Shown piece after piece: positions 14,259 through 28,100 of a stretch of DNA of 64,000 nucleotides. The position numbers were made by a program, and so were the translations under genes. Position 1 is the first letter of the stretch; each line of letters opens with the position of its first letter. A model generated the notes under the pieces. It was not told where the DNA came from and ran no database searches. It was given only the letters and a program-made list of their open reading frames with translations. The stretch is from the NCBI RefSeq assembly GCF_964355755.1, contig NC_092674.1, positions 9,176,001-9,240,000 of the forward strand, written 5' to 3'. Source of the stretch: Antedon mediterranea. Taxonomy: Eukaryota > Animalia > Echinodermata.

Positions 14259-14290
14259 CATAGAGATATTATAGTGAACATATCTCTATG
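14259..14290. mobile_element. 32-bp P-element-type footprint
   Basis: CATAGAGATAT...ATATCTCTATG (11-bp IR) flanked by the 7-bp direct repeat TTTGGAC. Confidence 0.65.
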
Positions 14291-14909
14291 TTTGGACAAA
14301 AGTGACCATCCCTATCTTTCCTGCTGAAATTTCACTCACATTTGACAATCTAGGCCTACTATGCGATAATTATATATTATTTTATATTGTAGGCATACAT
14401 TTAATTATCTTAACCTTATTAGTAGTGAGTTAAATTAAAGTGTAGGCACACACACTTTCAGAATACTGTAGTGTTAACTGTTAGTTTATAATATAAATAT
14501 GTACGGTGTTGGTTTTTGGGGTAACAATATAGGCCTACTAAGCTATAATACTAGTCTTTTGTGTTGGTCTCTAGTCTCTATAGTATTCAATTATTGAGAC
14601 AAGTACTGTCCTTCTAGCTAGAGCGCATGGTAATCGATGTGCTCTCTTGCTTTTCTTTGCATTTATACATTTTGTCATTACAATAGAATAGGCATATAGA
14701 TGTTTATGAGTTCACGAAAATTGAAAATTATTATTAATATTTACAAATTTCACAGATCTAAACAATGCCCTCTAGTGAAAAATATCTTTCTCTTCGCATG
14801 ACTGAGCATGTGACCCACTCAGTTGATCTAACTCTGACAACCTGCATGCATTAATATTATGAGGAAGATCTAAGTCTAAAAGCTATATATAATTAAATTA
14901 CAATAAGAT

Positions 14910-17900
14910 ATGGCTTCGAACGGAGTAACTAGTAAGTAGGAAATATTTTAATAATTTCCGTTGTATTGTAGGGCCCGGCTAATAAAAAAAGATAAGGAAT
15001 TGTAATGTAATTATATTAGAATTTAGGTGGCGTACTATACTCTCCATTGATAGTGCTTAGTCATTCTCTTATTACATAGAGGGTCAAAGGGCACCTACAG
15101 CATTAAAAGTGTAATGAGCAAAAATATAAATATAATTACAACATTGATAAGGATCACTCATTTTTTGACAGAGGTGAAACTTGAGCAGAGTTAATTAAAA
15201 AAAAAACCCATAAAAAGTGCTACAGAGAGACAGGAATTTACCTGGAACTACTTTTGCCCATAATACATAAGGAATACACCCTTTATTTATTTCATTTGAA
15301 ATCTAGAACATGACTTGAAATATATAATTATTAAATGCTATATAATAATATGTAAGGGTGTGGGAAATTTTCTTGATCTTTGTAATTTTATAAAATGTTA
15401 ATTTTGCAGGAGTGTTGGTAACTGGAGCATCTGGATATGTTGGTGCTCATGTTGTTCAGCAGCTACAGAAAGCAGGTCATGTGGTAAGAGGTACAGTAAG
15501 AAGCACAAAGAATGAACAGAAGATAAAACCTCTGAAAGAATTATGTCCAGATGCAGCTCATGAATTGGAACTGGTTGAAGCAGATCTGCAGAAGGAAGAT
15601 GGATGGGCAAGGTATGGCAGAGTTGTTTTTAATTGCCATACACAAAGCACCCTCACAATGCAATGTTTTGTAGCTCAACAAAATTCCAGTCGGCTGCCTG
15701 CTAATTGTTTTGCTAACCAATTAAAAGTACGATAGCAGGGCCCAGAAAAAATACAATTCTGAATACAGGGCTGAATTTTGTCACAAATTCAGCAATGTTG
15801 ATACACAAAAGTCAGAATTAGAAATGTATGCTATTTACAGAACAGGCATTAAACTATGTTGAAAAATGCTAAAAACGCCAGATCGGCTGCTGACTAATTT
15901 GCCCCAATCAGGTCTTTGAAGAGTCCTAAGCTTAGACCGTGGCGTAATGACCAGGGGCTTGCAGCCTCTGCGTTATGCCACTGCAAGTGTAATGAACATA
16001 CCTTAAACCAAGTGATGCTTCAATAGATTACAAGACCAATTGTACAAAGTTGGTATAATTTGTCATAGTTAATGAAATGTTGATTCTATATTTATTGATC
16101 ATTTTAGTGCTGTAGCCGATTGCAGTCATGTAATTCATGTTGCAAGTCCGTTCCCGGCAAATAATCCCACCAATGAAGAAGAGGTTATTAGACCTGCTGT
16201 TGATGGTACGATGGTCATTTTGAAGGCTGCTGTTGCTGCAAAGGTCAAGAGAGTTGTCCTAACAAGTTCTTTTGTTGCAGTTGGTATGTTGATGAAATTG
16301 AAAACACTTTTTGGCAATAAAAACCGGAATTTGGGGTTTCTGAAACCGTTTTTAACATTAGGGTTTTTTGTATGGACCCATTTCTGCTGGCAAGAAAAAA
16401 ATATTTAATGTTTTAAAATTGTATTCTCCTGCTTAAGCAAACATAATTATTCATGCATTTGGACATTGCTAATGATTGAAATGCCAGAGTAAGTTTTTCT
16501 TTAACTTTTACAGCTTCTTTCACCAAGAGTGGTACATTCACTGAAAAAGACTGGAATACAGGCACAAATGAATCACCTTATAATAAAAGTAAAACTATGG
16601 CAGAAAAAGCTGCTTGGGATTATGTGAATGAGTTGCCAGGTAGGTTGTACATACTACTACGTACTATAATCAGAGCTCTTCATCAATGTCTCAAATATTT
16701 ACCGTACTATCTTAATATTACTATCCTATATTCATTATATTAATACCTTTTACAGTAGAATCCTATTAAAGGAACTGCCCCCTGAATAGAGATTGGCCCC
16801 TGAATAGAGATTGGCCCCTGAATAGAGATTGGCCCCTGAATAGAGATTGGCCATCCATAATCTTAAAACATATACTTTCCCTTGATCGTTTCATATGAAA
16901 GTGTAGTTTTAATAGTGGTGACCAAAACGAGGAGTTTTACTGTATAATGTTGTATTTGTTTTATAGATGATTCTAAAATTGAACTTGCTGTGATAAACCC
17001 GTCATTTATTTTGGGGCCGTATTTAACCAGCACAAAGTCAACGAGTGGGGATGTAATTTGTCAGATGCTAGAGCGTCAAATGCCAGCACTGCCATCAATT
17101 TCTATGCCGTGTATTGATGTACGTGATGTAGCAAAGGCCCATGTCATTGCCATGACAAATGATGAAGCTGTAGGTATGTATACTTTACCTAAGGGTCAAA
17201 TCATCATCAATCTATGACAGGGTATTTTATGTAGAGTTTTACACTAGACTTGCTATTGAGAAGGGGAAGATCTTTAACATGTAATTGACTGGTTTGACAG
17301 CAGTATTGTAACCAAAGTCTTGGTTTGGACTCATGATTTGTTTGATCAAACCTAAAAACATAAATCACAATAGATTCAATGACCCAGACTAAGCCTTAAT
17401 TACAAAAGAATTAGTTTCCATTGGGGTCCTAAATTTGGATTCTAAGATGACGATCAATTACTGTTATAAGATCTTTTGTTTGAGATCAATGGAGGGAGTC
17501 AGCAATGACCCATATCCTGATATGGATTATATTTTTGAAAATGAACAGAGTAAAATTTACGGTTTATTTTCAGGTAATCGTCACATTTTGCTGAGTAAAA
17601 ATTTGTGGTTTCAAGAGATTTGTGTCATATTGGCTACAGAGTTTAAAGCTCAAGGTATGTACAGTTGGACCGATACAAATAATAAACTATTTTCACAATA
17701 TCAGGAATGGTCCATATTCCAGACCCACCACTACCAGAAACCCCAATCCAACATTTCAGTACTTTAAAAAATGAAATTGCATTTTAGTAAGAGAGAAGGA
17801 GATATCAATTGTCAATTTCTGACAGAGTATGCAATGTTTCAAAGAGCTGTCTATTATTCTGATGAATTTGATCTGTAGTTTGACAATACAAAATATAAAG

Positions 17901-18746
17901 TAGAATTATGATGTTTAAGACATTACTGCACAATATTTTTAGTATATAAATAACTACTATTTATTTTTACACTATAGGTTACAATCCCCCAACAAAAGTA
18001 TTGCCAAACTTTTTGGTGAAGTTTGCAGCATTTTTTAAAACCGATCTAAAACAACTGGTTCCACAACTTGATGCAGATATTAAGGGTGACAATACTAGGG
18101 TGTGTATAAACTTTTATATGCCACAATGGAGAATTTAGCAAGGGTGTAAATAGGAGTGTAAACAATTTCATTATTTTGCCAACTATTCTTTCTTTAATTA
18201 CAATATTTTAAATTGTTACTTAAAGTGGAGAGCTTCACAAACAAGCTTCTAGAAATTTAATTGTGTTTCGATTTTTTTGCACATTTGGGTAAAGTTAAAC
18301 ATTTCAGATATTAAAATGTGTAATTTAATTTTAATCTTTTTAATTAACAAGTATTAAAGACTGAACATTAATGTTACTTTATAAACACAAACATTTACTT
18401 TAATCATGGAGGTACAGTATCATGCTTTAATGAGATTAATAATTAATGTTCCATGAAAATAAAAAATTGTCATTCTTTTCAATGACAAATTATTAAAATA
18501 AGTCCAGGTTTGAATGACTTTTTACCCCAGCAGAATTTCTAAAATACTTATATTTTATATATTTGTCATTAGATGAGGGAAGTTTTGAAGATTGATCCAA
18601 TCCCAATTGAGGAGAGTGTGATTGATATTGGCTACAGCGTAATTGAAAAAGGCTGGGTAAAGAAGACACCTAAGTACAAAGGAAGACCACAGGAAGAAAC
18701 TCAAGAAAATGCTGTAGTAGATGCTGCAGTAGAGGAGGAGAAATAA
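14910..18746 (+). CDS. NAD(P)-dependent epimerase/dehydratase family reductase (DFR/GRE2/AR-SDR-like), paralog B, 8 coding exons
   Basis: Exons 14910-14931, 15410-15611, 16108-16283, 16514-16639, 16967-17173, 17574-17654, 17978-18099 and 18573-18746. Motifs VLVTGASGYVG, HVASPFP, TSS, YNKSK and DVRDVAKAH. Intron positions and phases are the same as paralog A. Confidence 0.93.
16778..16852. repeat. 18-bp minisatellite x4 (CCCCTGAATAGAGATTGG)
   Basis: Perfect tandem copies read directly, in an intron. Confidence 0.9.
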
Positions 18747-18860
18747 TATCAAATTTGAATTTATGAAAGTTATTTTACTGTATCACACTTGCTCAAATTA
18801 GTGACTTTTTTATACAAAAATGCAAAAGCGGTATATATTACTTTATATTTAAATGTGTTA

Positions 18861-19003
18861 AGGTCAACTCAGACGGCGTCGTAAGACGAGATCTGATAAG
18901 TCGTCTCGTCAGGAGAAAATTAGACATGTTTAATGTTCTCCCGACAATTCATCAGACAGCACAGACCTGTCAGGTCAAGACAAGACTCCGTCTCAGTTGG
19001 CCT
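18861..19003. mobile_element. PIF/Harbinger-type MITE
   Basis: TIRs AGGTCAACTCAGACGG / CCGTCTCAGTTGGCCT with a TTA target duplication on both sides. Confidence 0.7.
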
Positions 19004-19401
19004 TTAGACTAAGAGTAGATGATTTGGGATTTTAAAGTAGGTAGGGGGGCTAACAATAGTAAATTGAAGTACTTAAGTGCACTACTAACTACTGTAGTGG
19101 TGTAGTTTTACAAATATCTTTGTAAATCAGTGTATTTTAATGAAATGTATGTATTCTAGTAGAAATTATCTACTATGTAATAATTGTATTTTTAGTAAAT
19201 CTTGAATTTACTCTCGGTAGAAGATCTTGGTTTGATATGGAATTCATTCAGAAATAAAATATTGATAATTTAGATAGAAGCAGTAATTAATATTCAACTA
19301 CTACAAGTAATCACCTACAGTAATAACAGTAGTAATATGTATGTTTTATAAACCCTAGAATTAATCTTGATATAAAAAAAGGTAATGCAGTTGCAACATA
19401 T

Positions 19402-19870
19402 CATTTCATTTCATTTCGTTTCACATTTATTCAATTAATGAAAACTTAAAACAATATAAACAAATAAAGGTTTCATTAATTTGGATCAGACTTAGACGCC
19501 AAGGCCTGTCTCAGAAAGACCCAACAAAACATAATACAAAATAAAAATGTATAAAAATTAGGTAAAAATGGCATAATAATAATAATACATTTATGAATGA
19601 TAATTTTCCAAATAATTAAACTTAATTTGAATGTCTGAATATTTTTGCATTTTCACACTTTTTTAGATTCTCTTTTAAGTTATTCCATAATTTAGGTCCA
19701 TGGACTGTAATAAAAAATTGGCTTTTGCTAAGTCTTACAAAAGGAACATAAAGTAAATATCACCATGGTAGAGCAAATAAATATTTCCAAGACTGTAACA
19801 ATAGTTTATTTAAAACTTATATGGCATTGGTTTAAGTAAGTCAAGTAATTTAAGTAAATTGAGTCTTACC
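19402..19870 (-). mobile_element. 3' fragment of a CR1/L2-group LINE
   Basis: Minus-strand remnant encoding ...GPKLWN..., followed by AATAAA and a (GAAAT)n tail. Confidence 0.6.
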
Positions 19871-21187
19871 ATCCACTGTAATTCTACCAAACCTGTTAGT
19901 ACAGTACTTCATTATAAAACACAAATATTAGGTCTTGTCTGTATCAAGGCCAAACTAACTAACACCAACACAAAGCAATGCTAGACAAAAGAAAGGTTAC
20001 ACCTGCATTGAAATGCAAATGAAACTGACAAATTGTTTTTAAATTCATGAATATTTCTTATCTGTACATTTTGTAAAAGGAAATTATAAATATGACTATT
20101 TTGAATGAAATTTTATTATATAGTCAATATTGATGCCTTTAGAATTTGTTGGTAATGTTTTTGTAATAATAATAATAGTATATCTGTATTACAGTATTTA
20201 TAATGCTTTCAAAATATGGTGTATAAGTAATATTTTTATACTGAAGGAAGGAATTCTGAAATAGTAATAAAGCTGTGCAATTGTACCTTCAATCGTTTAA
20301 AATAATGGTAAATAGTGATCAAATGGCTTGTTATAATAATAAATAGTAATTATACAAATCAGTATTTCTTTTCTGTTTTCTGAACCTAATGTGCCATATA
20401 CAGTATTTAACTTCGAGTTTCTCAGGAATAGTATCAGTTATGTAGGTAAATTAACAATATAAATTTGTATATTTAAATATTTAGATATTGAATTGACATA
20501 GGGCCCGTACAGGCTGAATTAACTTACCTGCCAAGTTGGATTCGTGGAACAATCATCGCTAAATTTACTGGGTTTGTAACCAACTTTACCCGGGTAAAAT
20601 ACTATAAGATGAACGCGCCCCATTCGCTGATTCAATAAAGCAAATTTCTTTCAAACATTTCGTATAAACAACAATTATTTGTATTGATGGTTAACAGAAA
20701 TAGTAAAAGCCATAGAAGAAGATGATATAATAGTTTCTTTATGAGTAAATATATTATTTGTTAGCTATTTATTCTTACAGAAATTTGACGCTTCATTGCT
20801 GGTAAAATCCGAATGGTCAGGTCATAGTTTGTCTACAAAACGTTAGCCTAAGACATAAGACAACCTAGTAGCCAAACCTACGGCTCGGTCTCTGCGGGTG
20901 AAATCAATTATTATAGCTTTGTTTGTTTGTTTGTTTTATTAGTTTCTCCACACATTTTAAAATAAAAGATAAAAATTACAAATTGCAAAAAAAAAATTAC
21001 GATTGTACGCAAGGTGGAAGGTCTTTTGTTATCCAATGAGAAGCGTTTCAATACAGTATTTAGACATTCGGTTTGTCTTCAGGAGGGTTCTGCATCATTA
21101 AAACTACGTTATGCTATAGATCTGCTCGCACTATCACTTGCACGTCGCAATTTCTAGTCAATATAAACATAAGATGATCCTTATCAT

Positions 21188-22442
21188 CAGTGGCGTATCC
21201 AGGATTTTGAAGTTGGGGGGGGGGGGGGGCCGGGAATTGCCAATTTGCCGACAAAATTGGTGTCATTATCTGCTGTACATACACGACGTCTCTGATCAAT
21301 ATATTTTCTAGGATTACATAGTCATATTGTCTTATATGGGATAACGATGCAAAATTAAAACCAAACCAACATTATCTGTTAGTATGTTGTATTCATATTA
21401 CAATAAAGAAAGAATTAGGAAAATCTGATTTGTAGTTTTCGAAATATAGGGTCTAAAACATCACCGAAAATGATCGTTTTTAGCCACGAAAGAAGTAAAA
21501 CAATTTGCGGCCTCAGTCGACAATTCTATTAACTACGCCATTTTTGGTTAAAATAATTACATATAATTACGTTTTTTAGTAAATTATTTTATATATCACC
21601 ATTGCAAATATCAATAAAACATGTTATTAAATGCTTATAAAATATATAAAGTTGTTTACTTAACGGAATTCGGACAAATTCATTGCTCTAACTTTGTGTA
21701 GTAACGATCAGAGAGATTCATGGTACACGCGCGAGAGAAAACATTCGCATCCACCAATCAAATCAGCTAGAATCCTAACTCATTCAACCGTGAGCAATGC
21801 CAATCGCGAGAAAGCTCAGCTTTGATTGGCTTACGATGACATCATATCACAAAATGGTGGTTTTGTAGTTGAGCCTCACGGAATATTCTGTTCCAAAAAT
21901 GAAATAGGGCCTACATGGATATTTTTTATGGTATATGTGCTTTTTCTTTAAAAATTTTGAATAATAAAGGCCTCATATCGAGAAAAAAAACCGGGTTTTT
22001 GGCACTTATAATAAATATATCTTAGACAAAAAAGCACATGGCATGTGGAACTATATAATCTCTTAGCGTAGGAAGACATACAAATCCCAGGTCATGAGAG
22101 GCTCAACTGCATGCAAAAACAAGGTTTTAGGGTAAGGTCAAAGACTTTTGAGTAAACAATCTACCGCGTACGGCCGTACGTACGTGCTACACATTTTTTA
22201 CGTGTTTCGTTAGATGTAATAAAAATAAAAAATAGTTGATCTGAAGGGATCAATGATGATATGATATGTAAATAAACAAACACTCAAAAGAATTATGTTT
22301 ACAGTTCAATTATTGTCAGAATAAATAGTTTATTTTTTTCCCCGGCACCTTTGTTTGCCGACGGCCGCGATGATGTGCCGACGGAAATCAGGGGGGGGGG
22401 GGGGGGCGGGCCCCCCGGCCCCCCCTACTGGATACGCCACTG
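21188..22442. mobile_element. Non-autonomous hAT-like element
   Basis: Perfect 15-bp TIRs CAGTGGCGTATCCAG / CTGGATACGCCACTG, exact 8-bp TSD CTTATCAT (21180-21187, 22443-22450), subterminal poly-G tracts, no ORF. Confidence 0.9.
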
Positions 22443-23247
22443 CTTATCATCAGATTCATAGTTATTAATTGCATTATGTAAAATTATGCATGTCCGAGTG
22501 TATTTTGTCCTTCCTTCCTATGTTATAATAGTGAACTTCCTTATAAACTCATCTTACCACAAGCAAAATATTTTTCGAAATGACTATACTTAGAAAAGAA
22601 CACAACAGTGTTATAATCACCTTTATTTCTATAATATGGACTCGCTCACTTCAATATACAGTATAATATATCTTATACTACAACTACGCCTACCTTTGTC
22701 TAAACTTAAACATTACTTTTGAGACCCAGATCTGTTCTCTACCTTTACAATTTATTCAATTTGGAATGTCAGATGTGTTTAATAGTATAGTATAGTATAG
22801 GCTACTGTTATTATTTATCATGTTTTATACATGCATTTCTGGCACCGTCAATTTTTAATGTACTTATTGTAATCACAATCATAACCACTGGTGAGTGGGT
22901 GGGGCGTGGGTATTTTTACGGAAATTATCTAGCCTACACTACTATATTGTCCCAGGTTAGTATACAAATTCCCCTCACTCCCAAGCAAAGACTGCGCCAA
23001 AATGTTTGGTGACTGCTTCCCTTGGGTAACTAAATTGAATCGTTTGCTGCAAACCAAACTATAACCGGATGACTAAAGAGATGTGAAGGGTATTGAATAA
23101 TACTTGAAAAAATATACTGTATTTTACATTGTTACATATTATAGCCTACACGTCAATGAAAAGAAAATATGGAAGAATATTCAAAAACTGTATTTGTACT
23201 ATACGACGTGCTAACTATAATTTAATTATTGGAGACAACTTCAGTAC

Positions 23248-23367
23248 AAGCTATACATGACAAAAATATGTTGTTCCCATATATGGACATTATGATGTCA
23301 TATCACTACCATATTTGGAAACATCACACATTTTTTGTCAAACAATATTGATAGTGTAGACAGAGCT
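23248..23367 (+). mobile_element. Partial AGCTCTGTCTACACTA-family MITE
   Basis: Contains ATGTCATATCACTACCATATTTGG and the right TIR GATAGTGTAGACAGAGCT. Confidence 0.65.
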
Positions 23368-25171
23368 CTATGCAGCACAGAACCATACTTTGTATTGATT
23401 TATTTCCTAGTTATTCTTCAATCCATTTTTTATATATCTTTAGGCTCGCCCAGCACAAAGATGTTTTTAATCTTTCCAGGCATTTCCTTCATTTACCAAC
23501 CTACTATCCACACCCACTTTCTTCCTTATTAAAACATCGCAGTATGTAAATTAATGTTATGAAATACTGTAGTAGAAAACAGAAGTATATATTCAGTGTA
23601 TACATGATAATTATCTTATACAAGAACATTTAATTTCTATGTTTGAAATCTTTGAATAATGTTTAACAGTCTTTTTCATCTTCGATCAGATGATCTTTCA
23701 GCATTTCCAAACAGACTACTCTGACTACTACTTGTTTACTCATGTTCTCTATGCCGATATACATAGCTCGCGCTCACAGCCGTTTTCCCACCAAGCAAGC
23801 AATTGTCAAATTATTTACTGCATTCAAAATAATCGTTTTAATTGTTTTCAAAAGAAATGGTAGTCGGGCTTACCCTAAGTTCACTGTTGACGTTGCACCT
23901 CGTATTTAATTTAGTTGAGGATTTTCTAATTGGCCATGCTTCTTCCTGATACATCAGGTATCACAAACTGCGAGCGCCAGTCACCATTTCTACAGAAAAA
24001 TGCCGTGCCCAGTTTGTCCCATTTTTCTAATTAGCATAACATGTCTATTTTTTCAAACAGTAGAATAGATTCTACAGTTGAATACCGTTGATGTTCTGAT
24101 CAATTCGAGTGATTTCGCTCGAGTCTTTGTGAACGCGTGTATACATGAGTTACTATATAGTAATTTGCGCTAGGATGTGCAGCTTTAGAATAACTAATCC
24201 TAATAACTGATCAATAATTCATAACAATTCTTTCATATTAAAATAATTTAGTTAGTATAGGCGTATGCTTGGGTAACCATATTACCGAATCATCGAAATT
24301 CAATATCCTGTCACATAGGCTACTTGTGGAATCGTTTTTTCTAGTTTTGCCTTCTTGTTACGATAACTTAACCAATGGCAGTCAGGGGAAAATGGCAAAA
24401 GGCTTTTTGAGTTTTATATGTGGTTAAGTTTAATATATCAGATAGTCTATATCGTTTTGGCAACCCTTAATCTTTAACTCACTTTGTAACATGACCACAG
24501 TCATTTTCCAACTGATGGGCCAATGTGTAGGCCTATATTTATTTATATTTATTAGAACAGTGGTCATTAAGTGGAGGGAGGACATTCAATTAGGATGGAG
24601 GACAATCAATTCGGAGGCAGGCAATTTTGAACGGTGACCTTAAAATGTGTGTTTTCATAACTCTCTGTAGAACTGTTCTGTTGAGGAACAGGATGGTGAC
24701 ATGCTTGCATTTTCTTTATTATAATCCTGAGATTAATCAAGCAAGACGTATATCAACGCATTCAATGTTATCGGCTAAAAACGTAGTCAAACACAACTTG
24801 GAGATTAATATGCTTTCTCTACGTTGACAACTTTCATCACTACGTTAATAAGAATTATAATCTCTAATGCCAGTTCTATGGATCTTTTAGTAAGTGAAGC
24901 GCTTGATTTATGTATATAGAACAACCTTGTATAATTATGTCATATCACACATTTTAATATTAACATAAGGGCGTATTACAGTAATTATATCTCTATTGCG
25001 CTTGCGTACAGTCTATAGCGCAGTACCATGAAAGCCCCATTCCATGGTTTTCACCTCATTTTGTGATCTCTATAATCACATTTTATAACATTAGAATTGC
25101 TTTCCGTTGTTAATTATCGCAACTCGTGTTTTATTTACTAATATTGCTAAATTATTTATTCTATTCCGTGG

Positions 25172-28100
25172 TCATAACGCCGTGAAGTTGACAAAACATG
25201 GAATTGCTAAATGAGCGCCTTCTAGGACGAGTGTATGGAATGATGAGTAGACTGATCCTAAACAGAGTACAATGCCGATTGCTAGTATAACAAGATGCAC
25301 TGCCGTAGAATTTAAAAGCATACCTCTAGAAAATGAAGAAAATATAGTTGGTAAATTTTATATTGATAGAACTTACGATAGGCTATTTCACTATGGCCCT
25401 AAGAAATATTTGGATAAAATAAAGACAGAAATTGTCCTTTATTAATGAGATAATGGTTTGTGGACCACTGCAACAAACAGGACCAACGAATTAAATTTAC
25501 CGTAAAGTTCCATTACATCTGCAGCAGACTTAAGCTTGGTTCCCACTAGAACGTAACGCAAGGACGTAAACGCAACGCAAGCGTTTTAACCAATGACAAG
25601 CGAAGTTATAGACAGATAGCAATCACAAGCGAATAAGCCATCGCTTGTGATTGGTCAATTCACTTGCGTTGCGCTGCGTCCTTGCGCTGCGTCGCTAGTG
25701 GGAACCACGCTTTACTCTCCGCAACGCAAGCACGAATTGAAACGCAAGTGAGTTGATCAATCACAAGCGTTTGTATAATTCGTCGCTTGTGATTAGCCAA
25801 ATTATTTGCGTTGAGCTTACGTCCTTGCGTTGCGTCCAACTGAGAACCAAGCTTTTGTAAGTTTAGCAATCACGACACCATCGGTCATCCGAACAGTCGC
25901 TTTTATGATTGGTGCCAAGTAAGTACCAACTTTTAGGTCCGGGTAGGTCAGTAGATTTATTTTAAAATATTTATTTGGTTTATCATACATGGCTATCTAA
26001 ATTCAACTCACATAAAGCCATTTGGCACGGTATCGTCCATATTTCGTAGTCGTAGATAGAATAATGAAGGAAGAATAAATACGATTGGTAATGCAAGAAA
26101 GGCGCCAACTAGCGTTAGGAATTCACCATAGTGCGGAATGAGTAAGGCTACTAGAAGTTCGGTAACCATGACAAGGGACCGAATTAAACACATCTGCCAT
26201 GTTGTTTCTAATAAATAATAAATACATCAAACAAGATAAAGTGATTTAGAAAGACCAATATTCAATCTTGAAAATACTGAGGTTTCAATGGAAAGACGGG
26301 TTTTCCAATATGGAAAGCTGTTCATCCAAGATTATAGTTTGAAGAGCAATCCAAGAGGATAAAGCGATTTGTGGAAACTGGTTATCCAAGATTTTGATTC
26401 TTTGATTTGTTTCGAGGTTTTCCAATATAGAACGAAACTAGTTTTTCGATAAATACATAATATATCTTGAAAAGAAGGATATCCAATACGGAAAGACTGT
26501 TGTCGAATATAATGTTTCTGGAAAAACTGGTTTTCAATTTGGAAAAACGGCATTCCAATAGAGTATATTGAAAAAACTCTCAATTTGCAAAGACTGTATT
26601 CCCAAAGATAAGAAGATTGACAATATATCCAATTTGGGAAAGACGGTATTCCGAAAATTAAGTAGATTAGAAAGACTGTCAATTTAGGAAAGACGGTTTT
26701 CCAAAGATGAAATAGGTTGGAAAGACTTTCAATTTGGGAAGGGCACTTAAATATGAAGTAGATTTAAAAGAATTCCAATTTGGAAAGACGGTATTCCAAG
26801 ATGAGGTAGATTGGAAAGAGAAAATATCTTGAAAAACTGTGCTGCAAACAAATATCAAGAGAATAAATAAAGACTGTTTGAAAAATATCAAGTGTATTAA
26901 AAGATATATAAAAATTGCCTCGTTTTAGGGATAAGAAGTATAAATAAAATTACAAATACCTCTAGGTAAATTCAGTTTTTCCTCAATATACAAATTAATT
27001 GGTGTGTTCATAATAACCATTACTGTGCCAAAGTGGATAGCTAGCAAAAGACCTGCAATCACTTGTCCTGCGTTATATGGTAGGTAGTACAGAAGGTTGT
27101 CTGCCGTTCCGTAGATTGCACCTCCATACATGAAAAAGCTAGGCAAGATTGTCAACTCGTATAAGCTTAATGAACCTGAAAATTAATTTGAAGTTACAAA
27201 ATGTTAATCAGTTCTTCTCAATCACTGTATCGATATTGAAAGTGTATTCGTAACGTACAGTACCCATCGTATGGTCTGAAAGAATATTTACCCGTACATT
27301 TACTAAATTGAAGATGATTCTGGTGGTGACAATTTTAAGGTAACAATATAGTTTGACAAACCTTACCTAATAGTGCCAATGCTACACTAACTTTAAAAGC
27401 CGATTGACGTTTCATAGCATTTTGAATGGTAGTGAAGTATGGATGTCCGGCCACAGTGTATGAATACGTAGACCATGCGTTACATAGTGACACAAACGTC
27501 ACCTTTGGGTATTCGACATGAAGGGGTGCGCTTGTGTCTGATACTATCACGATAAACATTATACTTGCTGCGGTTAAGCTTACTAGAAATGCCGTTACAG
27601 CTACTGGTCTAAAAACACAAGTAGAGAACACAGAATACTTATTAGAACGCAATTATTTTATTAATGATTATTGTACTTTTTCATTCATTACTTTTTCAAG
27701 ACAAACGACTTTACATTACTTACAAAGATTCACGCGGTGTCCGAAACCATGTTATAGGACATACTACGGCAGCAACAATTATGAGCCATCCACATAAGGG
27801 CATAGGTAACCAGTCTTTTGTCATTGCTTCAAATGTACTGGAAGCCGCAAGAAGGTTTACTACACTGTAGCAGAATAAAGCAACACCCATCATGGCACTT
27901 GTGAATACTCTGTAATAAATATATATTGAGTAAGAGAATAAATAAGAATGGCAGTACGAATGCTATACAACATGCCACGTTTGTTGTCAGCCGAGACAAC
28001 ATGCTGTAGCTTTGTCAGCAGTTGCATGCTAGAGACAGCATGATTGCGTTGTCAGCCCAGACAACATGCTGCAGCTTTGTCAGCAGTTGCATGCTACAGA

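Noticed and set aside
20520-20535. U1 snRNA 5' end (ACTTACCTG)
   Set aside because: Downstream sequence does not resemble U1.
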